Made by a program: the position numbers and the translations under genes
The notes under the pieces: generated by a model
The model's input: only the letters and a program-made list of their open reading frames with translations
Database searches by the model: none
Told to the model about the DNA's origin: nothing
Shown: piece by piece, positions 12,101 through 21,609 of the stretch
How the letters are laid out: every line of letters begins with the position of its first letter
How positions within the stretch are numbered: the stretch's first letter is position 1
Origin: an uncultured delta proteobacterium
GTDB lineage: Bacteria > Desulfobacterota > Desulfobacteria > Desulfobacterales > Desulfatirhabdiaceae
Length of the DNA stretch: 64,000 nt
Assembly (NCBI GenBank): GCA_963789395.1
Contig: CAWBKP010000022.1
Span: 320,001-384,000, forward strand
Direction: 5' to 3'

Positions 12101-15100
12101 ATGGGAATCCATGTTGCCCTGAACCACAAGTCCTCATATCGCTATGACCGGCGTATCTCCCTGTCCCCCCACATCGTCCGGCTGCGGCCCGCCCCCCATT
12201 GCCGGACGCCGATTCTGAGCTACTCCATGACGGTGACTCCGAAAACGCATTTCATCAACTGGCAGCAGGATCCTTTCAGCAACTACCTGGGGCGCCTGGT
12301 GTTTCCGGAAAAGACCGACACGTTTCAGGTGGAAGTGGATCTGGTGGCGGAAATGATCATCATCAACCCCTTTGATTTTTTTCTGGAACCCGATGCCGAG
12401 ACCTTTCCCTTTGAATATGAGCCGGGGCTCAAGTTGGACCTGGGGCCTTATCTGGCCCGGGAACCGGCGGGCGAAAAGCTTAAAGCCTATCTGGCCCGGA
12501 TCGACCGCAGCCCCAAGCAGACCAATGATTTTTTTGTTGATCTGAACCTGAAGCTCAGCCGTGACATCCGCTATCTCATCCGCATGGAACCCAACGTGCA
12601 AAGCTGCGAGCAGACACTAACACTGGGCAGCGGTTCCTGCCGGGATTCGGCATGGCTGCTGGTGAATATCCTGCGGCATCTGGGCCTGGCCGCCCGCTTT
12701 GTCTCCGGGTACCTGATCCAGCTGGCGCCCGATATCAAATCCCTGGACGGTCCCTCAGGGCCGGAAGCCGACTTCACCGACCTGCATGCCTGGACCGAGG
12801 TCTACATTCCCGGAGCCGGCTGGGTGGGTATGGATCCGACCTCCGGGCTCTTTGCCGGCGAGGGGCATATCCCGCTGGCCTGCTCGCCCGAACCCCAGAG
12901 CGCGGCTCCCATCACCGGCGGCCTTGAAAAATGCGAGGTGGAATTCAGCCATGCCATGACCGTGCGGCGGATTCGTGAAGCACCCCGCTCCACGCGACCC
13001 TACCCGGAAGAGATCTGGAATGCCATCGAAGACCTGGGGGATCGGGTGGACCGCCAACTTGCGGATGCGGATGTCCGCCTGACCATGGGCGGGGAACCCA
13101 CATTTGTCTCCATCGACGACATGGACGGCGCCCAGTGGAACACTGCGGCCCTGGGGGCGGAGAAGCAGCATCTGGCCGAAACCCTGATCAAACGTCTGCG
13201 GCAGAACTGGGCCCCCGGCGCAATGCTGCATTACGGCATGGGAAAATGGTACCCGGGTGAATCCCTGCCCCGATGGGCACTGGGCTGCTACTGGCGAAAA
13301 GACGGCCAGCCGGTGTGGGCCGACGACCAATGGCTTGCCGATACTTCCACGGACTACGGCTTTGGCGTTCCCGATGCCAAAATCTTTATCGAAACCCTGG
13401 CCGACACGCTGGGGGTGGGCCGTCGCTTCATCCGCGAAGGCTATGAGGATATCTTTCATTACCTTTACAAGGAGAGTCGGTTGCCGGTAAATGTGGACCT
13501 TGCCGACCCCAAGCTGGATGATCCCGAGATCCGGGCACGCATGGTGGCTACCTTCCAGCGCGGACTGGGGGCGGTGGTGAGTTACGTCCTGCCCCTGCAG
13601 CACGGTTCCTGGAAGAGCGGTCCCTGGCCTTTCCGGGGAGAGCACTTGTTCCTGCTGCCCGGAGATTCTCCGGCCGGGCTGCGTCTGCCCCTGGAGTCTC
13701 TGCCATGGGTTTCCAAGGCGGATTTTTCATTTGACCATCCGCTGGACCCCATGGCCGACCGGGGGCCGCTGCCGTACCTTCACGAAGACCAGCTGGTTCT
13801 ATCTGGGAGGCCGGCAGAGGAGCTGAGGGACGGTCTGCGGACCCAGCCGGAAGCCTTTGACGACCCGGTGCCGGCTGCCGGAGAATCCGCTGCCTGGCTG
13901 GTGCGAACCGCCCTGTGCATTCAGCCCCGCCAAGGCCGGCTGTATGTGTTCATGCCGCCGGTGGCCTCCCTGGAAGGGTATCTGGAACTTCTGGCCGCCA
14001 TCGAAGCAACCGCCGCGAAGACCCGGCTGCCGGTCGTGATCGAAGGCTACACGCCGCCCTATGATCCGCGCCTGGAGTGTCTGAAAGTCACCCCGGACCC
14101 CGGGGTCATCGAGGTGAACATCCAGCCCATGCACAGCTGGCGGCAGATGGTGGACTTTACCACGTCGCTTTACGAAACAGCCCGCCTGACCCGCCTGGGA
14201 ACGGAAAAATTCATGATGGACGGCCGCCACACCGGAACCGGCGGCGGCAACCACATCGTTATCGGCGGCGCAACGCCGGCGGACAGTCCCTTTCTGCGGC
14301 GGCCTGACCTCCTGCGCAGCTTTGTCACTTTCTGGAACAACCATCCGTCGCTCTCGTTTCTTTTTTCCGGCCTCTTTATCGGCCCCACCAGCCAGCAGCC
14401 GCGCATCGACGAAGCCCGGCACGACAGCCTCTATGAACTGGAGATCGCCTTTGCCGAACTGGATCGGCAAACGGGTCCGGACCGGCCATGTCCGCCGTGG
14501 CTGGTGGATCGACTGTTCCGCCACCTGCTGGTGGACGTCACCGGCAACACCCACCGGGCGGAATTCTGCATCGACAAGCTTTTTTCCCCGGACAGCGCCG
14601 CCGGAAGGCTGGGGCTGCTGGAGTTCCGGTCCTTTGAGATGCCGCCCCACGCCCGAATGAGCTTGGCCCAGCAACTGCTCCTGCGCATTTTTGTGGCCTG
14701 GTTCTGGCAGACGCCTTACCGCCGGGACCTGGTGCGGTGGGGCACGCTGCTTCATGACCGCTTCATGCTGCCCCAGCCGATCCGCGATGATTTTGCGGAC
14801 GTACTAAAGACATTGAATCAGGCAGGGTTTCCGGTCTCGATGGATTTTTTCCATCCCCATTTCGAGTTTCGCTTCCCCATCTACGGCAAGGTGGAGAGCC
14901 AGGGCATGGAAATCGAGCTTCGCCAGGCCCTGGAACCCTGGCATGTGCTGGGCGAGGAGCCCGGCGGCGGGGGGACAGCCCGTTACGTGGACTCTTCAGT
15001 GGAGCGGCTCCAGGTAAAGATCTCCGGCATGACCGGAGAGCGCCACATTCTCACCTGTAACGGGCGGCGCGTGCCCCTTCAGCCCACCACCGCGGCCGGT

Positions 15101-15421
15101 GTGTTCGTGGCCGGGGTCCGGTACCGGGCCTGGCAGCCGCCGGCCTGTCTGCATCCCACTATCGGCGTGCATACCCCCCTGGTGATCGACGTGCTGGACA
15201 CCTGGTCCGGCCGGGCCGTCGGCGGATGCTCGTATCACGTGGGCCATCCGGGTGGCCGCCACCACGACGTGTTCCCCGTCAACGCCTATGAGGCCGAAGG
15301 CCGGCGCAATGCGCGGTTTGCTCCCGGCGGCCACACTCCCGGGATACGTGAGGTGATCCCGGCGGTGGAACCCAATCCCTGTTTTCCGTATACCCTTGAC
15401 TTGCGGCGGCGAACGGGTTAA
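12101..15421 (+). CDS. Transglutaminase-like domain fused to DUF2126 putative amidoligase
   Basis: N-terminal Cys-His-Asp triad (GSCRDSAW, DLHAWTEVY, MDPT); C-terminal LTMGGEPTFVS, GKWYPGE, TPDPGVIEVN, GGGNH, EFRSFEMPP. Confidence 0.9.
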   Translation: MGIHVALNHKSSYRYDRRISLSPHIVRLRPAPHCRTPILSYSMTVTPKTHFINWQQDPFSNYLGRLVFPEKTDTFQVEVDLVAEMIIINPFDFFLEPDAETFPFEYEPGLKLDLGPYLAREPAGEKLKAYLARIDRSPKQTNDFFVDLNLKLSRDIRYLIRMEPNVQSCEQTLTLGSGSCRDSAWLLVNILRHLGLAARFVSGYLIQLAPDIKSLDGPSGPEADFTDLHAWTEVYIPGAGWVGMDPTSGLFAGEGHIPLACSPEPQSAAPITGGLEKCEVEFSHAMTVRRIREAPRSTRPYPEEIWNAIEDLGDRVDRQLADADVRLTMGGEPTFVSIDDMDGAQWNTAALGAEKQHLAETLIKRLRQNWAPGAMLHYGMGKWYPGESLPRWALGCYWRKDGQPVWADDQWLADTSTDYGFGVPDAKIFIETLADTLGVGRRFIREGYEDIFHYLYKESRLPVNVDLADPKLDDPEIRARMVATFQRGLGAVVSYVLPLQHGSWKSGPWPFRGEHLFLLPGDSPAGLRLPLESLPWVSKADFSFDHPLDPMADRGPLPYLHEDQLVLSGRPAEELRDGLRTQPEAFDDPVPAAGESAAWLVRTALCIQPRQGRLYVFMPPVASLEGYLELLAAIEATAAKTRLPVVIEGYTPPYDPRLECLKVTPDPGVIEVNIQPMHSWRQMVDFTTSLYETARLTRLGTEKFMMDGRHTGTGGGNHIVIGGATPADSPFLRRPDLLRSFVTFWNNHPSLSFLFSGLFIGPTSQQPRIDEARHDSLYELEIAFAELDRQTGPDRPCPPWLVDRLFRHLLVDVTGNTHRAEFCIDKLFSPDSAAGRLGLLEFRSFEMPPHARMSLAQQLLLRIFVAWFWQTPYRRDLVRWGTLLHDRFMLPQPIRDDFADVLKTLNQAGFPVSMDFFHPHFEFRFPIYGKVESQGMEIELRQALEPWHVLGEEPGGGGTARYVDSSVERLQVKISGMTGERHILTCNGRRVPLQPTTAAGVFVAGVRYRAWQPPACLHPTIGVHTPLVIDVLDTWSGRAVGGCSYHVGHPGGRHHDVFPVNAYEAEGRRNARFAPGGHTPGIREVIPAVEPNPCFPYTLDLRRRTG

Positions 15422-15439
15422 ATCGGGCACGAACATCCC

Positions 15440-18001
15440 ATGCTGCAGGACGGCGGGACCCAATACGAGACATCATATATGATCAAGGCAGACATTACCG
15501 ATCCGGCGCCACCACTACCCGTGCCGCCTTCCCTGTTCGGCACGCTCGCTTGTCCGAGCGACGCCTATTGTGAGGCATTGCTGTCTCCTGCAGTGCCCCG
15601 TGAACACTGGCAGCCGATCATCGCTGCATTGGATGCCTCGGGGCCCGATGTGCTCAGCCAGCGCCAGGACAGGGTCAGGCGCATGCGACACGAGGACGGG
15701 GCCACCTTCAACCCCTTCGATGACCCGAGTGGCCGGGGGACTCCCTGGGCACTGGAAATGATCCCGCTGCCCCTCACCGCGGGGGAATGGGCGGGACTGG
15801 AGACAGGTTTGACGCAGCGGGCACTTCTGCTGGAAAAAATCCTGGCGGACGTTTACGGGCCCCAGAACCTGCTGAAGGCCGGGTGCATTCCGCCGGAGCT
15901 GATCTTTGCCAATCCCCGGTTTCTGCGAACCTGTCACGGCATTCAACCTGCTGGAAACCGGTTTCTGACCTATTACGCGGCCGACCTGTACCGGGGCGCG
16001 GACGGATGCTTCAAGGTGCTTCGGGATTACGGGGCAAATCCGTCCGGCCTGGGATATGCCCTGGAGAACCGGATCGTGATTTCGCGGGTTTTTTCCGAGC
16101 TCTACCATAAAACCCAGATCCGCCGGCTTGCGCCGTTTTTTCAAACCTTTCACCGAAGCCTGATCCAGCGTGCAACCCGACAGCGGGAGAACACCGGCAT
16201 CGTGCTGCTCTCTCCGGGGCCGGAAAGCCGCATCTACTTCGAGCATGCCCTGCTTTCCCGATATCTGGGCTATCCCCTGGTGGAGGGCCAGGATCTGACC
16301 GTACGTAACGGCAAGGTGTTTCTCAAGAAACTGGCCGGTCTGGAGCCGGTGGAGGCTATTTTCCGGCATACCGAGGACGAGAGCAGCGATCCCTTCGCCC
16401 TGCGGCGGGGAACGGCAGACGGGGTGGCGGGACTCATTCAGGTCTGCCGGGAGCAGCATATCGACCTTGTCAACCCCATCGGCAGCGGGTTTGCGGAGAC
16501 GCCGGTTCTGCCGGTCTTCCTGCCCGGGCTCTGCCGCCGCCTGATGGGAACGGAGTTGATACTGGAAAGCCATCCGTCATGGTGGTGCGGCAGCGCCGAG
16601 GGGCTGAACCACGTTCTGGCGAATATAGATCAATTGTCGGTGTATCCGGCCATGGAACCGGCGGCATCCGTTCTTCCGGCCGACCTGACGGCGGCGATTC
16701 AGGCCGCGCCCCGTGCGTTCATGGCGAGGGGACCGGTTTTCCCTGCCGTGGCGCCCGCCTGGAATCAAAGCAGCGTGAGCGTCCGCCACACCCTGTTGCG
16801 GGTCTTTGCCTGCGCAACGGAAGATGGGTTTAGCGTCATGTCCGGCGGTCTGGCCATCACCGCCCCGGATGTGGAAACATTGATTGGCGACTGCTTGGAA
16901 CGGCAACAGAGCAAGGACATCTGGGTGCTTTCCGAACAGCCGGTGGAACCTTTCAGCCTCATGGGCGGACTTCAGGCCGTGACCGAATTCCGGCGCAGCA
17001 GCGATCTTCCCAGCCGGGTAGCGGATCACTTGCTGTGGCTGGGCCGCTACCTGGAGCGGGCCGAGGGGCTGGTCCGGCTCCTGCGGTCCGTCTTCCGCAG
17101 GCTTTCCGGCGAAGCCCGTACAGGAGATATCCCCGATCTGCCGTTTCTGCTGAAACTTCTCATGGCGGAAAACACCATTCCCCGATCTGCCGGCAACGCA
17201 GAAGGCAACCCCTTCTATCCCGAGCTGTCGGCCCACCTGAATGCCGCCTTGTACCGCAAGGATCATCCCGCAAGCGTGGTCTCCATTCTTATTCGGGTGC
17301 AGGAGGCGGCCCGGAACGTGCGCGATCGGCTCTCCCTGGACTGCTGGCGGGTGATCAACCGGCTGGACGGATTTGCCGATACCCCGGCAGGTGACCCGCT
17401 GGATCTTCTGGATGACACGCTGTTTACCCTGAGCGCCTTCAGCGGGCTGGCTATGGAGAGCATGACCCGTGGTCTGGGGTGGCGCTTCATGGATATGGGA
17501 CGCCGGGTGGAGCGGGCCTTGAACCTGACCGGCCTGATCCGTATCGGCATTCCCCTGGTTTGCACCGAATCCCGAAGCGCTCTGGAGGCGCTGTTGGAGG
17601 TGGCTGACAGCATCATGACCTACCGGGCACGATACCGAACGGATTTTCAGCTGGCGCCGGTGCTGGACCTGCTGCTTGTGGACGAAAGCAATCCCAAATC
17701 CCTGGCATTCCAGTTCAGCCATCTGGCAGCCCATGTGGAGCACCTGCCCCGGCAGAGCGACCGGCGCTATGCCAGTCCGGAGGAGCGCATGGCGCTGGAG
17801 ATGCTCACCGCCGTGCGTCTGGTGGATCTTGCCGGCCTGGGCTGCGACGACGGCGGCGCCAAAACCGAGTCATTGGCGGGTTTTCTTAACTCCCTGGAGA
17901 GCCGCCTGAAAGAATTCGCCCAGCAGGTCAGCGCCCACTATCTGAGCCGGGTTCCGGCAACGCCCCATTTCTCCATGATTCCCGGCGACCGCAACCCATG
18001 A
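15440..18001 (+). CDS. Circularly permuted ATP-grasp fused to alpha-E domain (start may be 15479)
   Basis: PSGLGYALENR, YFEHALLSRYLGYPLVEG, SKDIWV, then LPSRVADHLLWLGRYLERAE and GRRVERA. Confidence 0.88.
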   Translation: MLQDGGTQYETSYMIKADITDPAPPLPVPPSLFGTLACPSDAYCEALLSPAVPREHWQPIIAALDASGPDVLSQRQDRVRRMRHEDGATFNPFDDPSGRGTPWALEMIPLPLTAGEWAGLETGLTQRALLLEKILADVYGPQNLLKAGCIPPELIFANPRFLRTCHGIQPAGNRFLTYYAADLYRGADGCFKVLRDYGANPSGLGYALENRIVISRVFSELYHKTQIRRLAPFFQTFHRSLIQRATRQRENTGIVLLSPGPESRIYFEHALLSRYLGYPLVEGQDLTVRNGKVFLKKLAGLEPVEAIFRHTEDESSDPFALRRGTADGVAGLIQVCREQHIDLVNPIGSGFAETPVLPVFLPGLCRRLMGTELILESHPSWWCGSAEGLNHVLANIDQLSVYPAMEPAASVLPADLTAAIQAAPRAFMARGPVFPAVAPAWNQSSVSVRHTLLRVFACATEDGFSVMSGGLAITAPDVETLIGDCLERQQSKDIWVLSEQPVEPFSLMGGLQAVTEFRRSSDLPSRVADHLLWLGRYLERAEGLVRLLRSVFRRLSGEARTGDIPDLPFLLKLLMAENTIPRSAGNAEGNPFYPELSAHLNAALYRKDHPASVVSILIRVQEAARNVRDRLSLDCWRVINRLDGFADTPAGDPLDLLDDTLFTLSAFSGLAMESMTRGLGWRFMDMGRRVERALNLTGLIRIGIPLVCTESRSALEALLEVADSIMTYRARYRTDFQLAPVLDLLLVDESNPKSLAFQFSHLAAHVEHLPRQSDRRYASPEERMALEMLTAVRLVDLAGLGCDDGGAKTESLAGFLNSLESRLKEFAQQVSAHYLSRVPATPHFSMIPGDRNP

Positions 18002-18873
18002 AATACCGGATCATTCATAAAACGGCATACCGCTATTCGGAGCCGGCCTCTCTGTCCCAGAACGAACTGCTCCTGCATCCTCGTGAGACCGTTACCCAGA
18101 GAGTAGTCCAAAGCCGATTGGACATTGTACCAGAGCCCCAATACCTGCACCGGCGGATCGATTACTTCGGCAACATCGTCCAGATTTTCATGGTGCAGCA
18201 CCCTCACAACGAGCTGGCCATGACCGCCACCAGCAGGGTGGAAACGACACCGCCTGTCACACCGGCTCCGGCAGGCACGCCCCCCTGGGAGACCGTGGCC
18301 CGGCGGCTGGCCGTCCATGAGGACACTGCGGAACTGGATGCCTGCCAGTTTGTATTTGCCAGTCCGATGATTGCGATCAATCCTGGCGCCATGGCCTATG
18401 TGCGGCCATCCTTTCCGCCGGGGGTTCCCGTGCTGGCGGGCGCCTTGGATCTGATGCGGCGGATTTTTGCGGAATTCTCCTACGACAAGTCTGCCACCAC
18501 CGTGGATACTTCCGTGGATCAGGTGTTGGCAAGCCGCAAAGGGGTGTGCCAGGATTTCGCCCACCTTGCCATCAGCTGCCTGAGGGCGCTGGGGCTGGCG
18601 GCCCGTTATGTGAGCGGCTATCTGGAAACGGCGCCGCCGCCTGGAAAACCCAGGCTGGTCGGTGCGGACGCATCCCATGCCTGGATCTCCCTGTTCGTTC
18701 CGGATACGGGCTGGGTGGATCTGGATCCCACCAACAACCTGATCCCCGGTGAAAACCATATCACCCTTGCCTGGGGGAGGGATTACGGCGACGTCACCCC
18801 GGTGAAAGGAGTGGTAATGGGCGGCGGGTTGCACACGCTGTCCGTGATGGTGGATGTATCGGCGCAGGAATGA
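17998..18873 (+). CDS. Transglutaminase-like protein (bacterial N-terminal domain + core)
   Basis: DYFGN, GVCQDFAH, ARYVSGYL, ASHAW, LDPTN, GRDYGDVTP; ATGA overlap with the upstream gene. Confidence 0.92.
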   Translation: MKYRIIHKTAYRYSEPASLSQNELLLHPRETVTQRVVQSRLDIVPEPQYLHRRIDYFGNIVQIFMVQHPHNELAMTATSRVETTPPVTPAPAGTPPWETVARRLAVHEDTAELDACQFVFASPMIAINPGAMAYVRPSFPPGVPVLAGALDLMRRIFAEFSYDKSATTVDTSVDQVLASRKGVCQDFAHLAISCLRALGLAARYVSGYLETAPPPGKPRLVGADASHAWISLFVPDTGWVDLDPTNNLIPGENHITLAWGRDYGDVTPVKGVVMGGGLHTLSVMVDVSAQE

Positions 18874-18943
18874 CGAAGATGGATGCTGATCGCTGTTTTG
18901 TACTGCTCATTGAACTCGCAGCGGTATCAGAAACGCCATGGAG

Positions 18944-20410
18944 TCAAAGGTTGCTGTCCACCGTCAATTCCCGATAAAGCGATACATAGTTCCGTGCGGC
19001 GTTGTTCCAGGAAAAATCCATGGACATGCAATTGGACTGGATGCGGCTCCAGATTGTCGGCGTTTGGTAAATACCGACGGCTTTTTGAATTGCGGCCAGG
19101 CAGTGAGCGGAATCCGCGTTCATGAACGTAAACCCGGTGCCCTCACCGGAACCCGGATTCACCTCGGATACCGTGTCATTCAGTCCGCCGGTGGCGCGAA
19201 CCACGGGAACCGTCCCATATTTCATCGCATACAGCTGGGTCAAACCGCAGGGCTCATAGCGGGAGGGAATCAAAAGCAAGTCGGCGCCGGCCAGAATCCC
19301 TCTGGCCAATGCGTCGTCAAAGCGCTGAATGAAGGCGAACGCGCCTTTGCAGCGCTTGCCAACCTGTTGAAGCGCCTGCTGCAACGTCTCGTCACCGGTT
19401 CCCAGAATGACTACCCCCGCCTTCAGGGATTCCGTCAGTTCATTCAGTATCGGTATGATCAGATCAATCCCTTTTTGAATATCCAGCCGGGATACAATGC
19501 CGATGAGCGGACGGTTTATGAGACGCTCCTCCAGTTGACATGACCGAAGCAGGGCGGCTTTGCAGATGCGTTTTCCGGACAAGTCGTCAGACGTGTACCG
19601 TGCGGGAATGATCGGATCCGTCTCAGGGTTCCACTGCCGGTAATCGACACCGTTCAGGATACCGGACACGGATGCCTGCCGGTTGCGAAGGACGCCTTCC
19701 AGACCTTTGCCGTATTCCGGCGTCTGAATCTCCCGCGCATAGGTCGGACTGACCGTGGATACTGCCCGGCTATACACCAGCCCGGCTTTCAGCATGCTCC
19801 ACTTTCCGTAAAATTCCAGTCCGTTCGGCTGATAATGGGATGAGTCCAGACCGGTCAATGCGTATTTATCACTTGAAAAGAGGCCGGAATATCCCAGATT
19901 GTGTACGGTAAAAAGGGTTTTGACCTGCCGAAGCGCCGGTTCCAGCTGCATGTAGAGCGGAATCAGGCCGGTATGCCAGTCGTTGCAGTGGACGATATGA
20001 GGGTCAAAATCCCAGGCATGCATCAGTGATGCAACTGCCCGGCAGAAAAAAATAAACCGCTCGGCATTGTCGTAATAGTCGCCATCGCCATTGGCGTAAA
20101 GATGGGGCCGGTCAAACATGTCTTCCCGGTCGATGACATAAATCGGGGCGATGTTTTCATCGGAGAGTTTGCACACCTGAAAGCTCAGGCGCTGAGAACC
20201 CAGCCAGGTGTGCAGACCGGGCCAGAGCGGCTCTTCCCGTAAACCGTGTTCAAACACCTGCCTGTACCCCGGCAGAATCACGCGGACATCCACATTCAAT
20301 CGCCGCAGGGCATCGGGAAGGCTGCCGGCGACATCGGCCAGTCCGCCGGTTTTGGCAAAAGGCGCAGCTTCGGCTGCGATAAAGACAACGCGAAGCGCTG
20401 AATTGTCCAT
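18944..20410 (-). CDS. glgA: Glycogen synthase
   Basis: KTGGLADV, HCNDWHTG, PSRYEPCGLTQLYAM, VRATGGL; GGAGG RBS before ATG at 20410. Confidence 0.95.
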   Translation of the reverse strand: MDNSALRVVFIAAEAAPFAKTGGLADVAGSLPDALRRLNVDVRVILPGYRQVFEHGLREEPLWPGLHTWLGSQRLSFQVCKLSDENIAPIYVIDREDMFDRPHLYANGDGDYYDNAERFIFFCRAVASLMHAWDFDPHIVHCNDWHTGLIPLYMQLEPALRQVKTLFTVHNLGYSGLFSSDKYALTGLDSSHYQPNGLEFYGKWSMLKAGLVYSRAVSTVSPTYAREIQTPEYGKGLEGVLRNRQASVSGILNGVDYRQWNPETDPIIPARYTSDDLSGKRICKAALLRSCQLEERLINRPLIGIVSRLDIQKGIDLIIPILNELTESLKAGVVILGTGDETLQQALQQVGKRCKGAFAFIQRFDDALARGILAGADLLLIPSRYEPCGLTQLYAMKYGTVPVVRATGGLNDTVSEVNPGSGEGTGFTFMNADSAHCLAAIQKAVGIYQTPTIWSRIQSNCMSMDFSWNNAARNYVSLYRELTVDSNL

Positions 20411-20501
20411 CGTAATCCTCCAATCCATGGATCGTAACAAATAAGATTGTATGCAGTCCGGATTCGATAACACTGAACCCCCGTGATGTCCATAAAGAAA
20501 T

Positions 20502-21594
20502 TAAGGGACGTACATCAAAAAATAAGTTGATAATGGAAATTGCTGTGATATAAGAGATGTCATGCCAAGAAAAGCAAGAATAGATGCGCCGGGCGCTCTG
20601 CATCATATCATCGTCAGAGGCATTGATCGCCGAAAGATTTTTCTGGATGATACGGATCGGGATGATTTTCTGAACCGTTTATCCGTCGTTCTGGACGATA
20701 CCCAGACCGCCTGTTTTGCCTGGGCTCTGATGCCAAATCATTTTCACCTGCTTCTCAGAACCGGAAACGCAGCCATTTCGCGGGTGATGCAGCGAATTCT
20801 GACAGGGTATGTCATTTCATTCAACAGGCGACATCGCCGGCATGGGCATCTGTTTCAAAACCGTTACAAGTCGATTTTATGCCAGGAGGACGCCTATCTG
20901 CTGGAACTCGTCCGGTATATTCACCTGAATCCGCTGCGGACCGGACTTATCCAGAATTTAAATGAACTGCAGGAATATCCGTATAGTGGGCACAGCGCTT
21001 TTTTCAAGAAAAATTACCGTTCCTGGCAGGATACCGATTATGTGTTGAAACAGTTTTATTCAAGTGTTTCGGTTGCCCGGCGGCGGTATCTTGAATTTGT
21101 TGAAAAAGGAAGTTGTCAGGGGCGTCGGGATGAGCTTGTCGGCGGCGGGTTGATCCGGAGCGCAGGAGGCTGGGCTGCTGTTAAGACATTGCATAAGGCC
21201 GGCAATTTTCAAAAAAATGATGAGAGAATTTTAGGTGATGGCGATTTTGTAGAAAAGGTTTTATCATTTTCAAATGAAAAGATGGAACGCGGCTATCGTC
21301 TGAAGTCAAAGGGAGTGAATTTCCAAGCAGTCGTCCAAAGAGCGGGGACGCTGACAGGGGTTGATCCGAAAATTGTCTTGTCAGGAGATCGCGGGCGGCG
21401 AACAGTACAGGCGCGAAGTCTTGCCTGTTATTGGGCTGCCGAAGAGCTGGGATTAAAACAGCCGGAAATAAGTTTAAAGCTGGGGATGACTCAGGCTGCG
21501 GTGAGCATGGCGATCAAGCGCGGCAAACTGTTTGCCAGTGAAAACAAATTGACTCTGGAATAAAAGTTATTGATTGATGTACGTCCCCTATGTT
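20502..21594. mobile_element. Single-gene element: Y1/HUH transposase bounded by terminal inverted repeats
   Basis: Left end TAAGGGACGTACATCAAAAAATAAGTT (20502-20528). Right end AAAGTTATTGATTGATGTACGTCCCCTA (21563-21590) is its imperfect reverse complement and abuts the stop codon. Confidence 0.8.
20562..21563 (+). CDS. REP-associated-type tyrosine transposase (Y1 HUH) with C-terminal HTH
   Basis: HHIIVRG, HUH motif MPNHFHLL, HLFQNRY, catalytic Tyr in RYIHLNP; C-terminal HTH-like QPEISLKLGMTQAAVSMAIKRG; visibly more AT-rich than its neighbours. Confidence 0.9.
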   Translation: MPRKARIDAPGALHHIIVRGIDRRKIFLDDTDRDDFLNRLSVVLDDTQTACFAWALMPNHFHLLLRTGNAAISRVMQRILTGYVISFNRRHRRHGHLFQNRYKSILCQEDAYLLELVRYIHLNPLRTGLIQNLNELQEYPYSGHSAFFKKNYRSWQDTDYVLKQFYSSVSVARRRYLEFVEKGSCQGRRDELVGGGLIRSAGGWAAVKTLHKAGNFQKNDERILGDGDFVEKVLSFSNEKMERGYRLKSKGVNFQAVVQRAGTLTGVDPKIVLSGDRGRRTVQARSLACYWAAEELGLKQPEISLKLGMTQAAVSMAIKRGKLFASENKLTLE

Positions 21595-21609
21595 TACAAA
21601 GGAGAGGTG

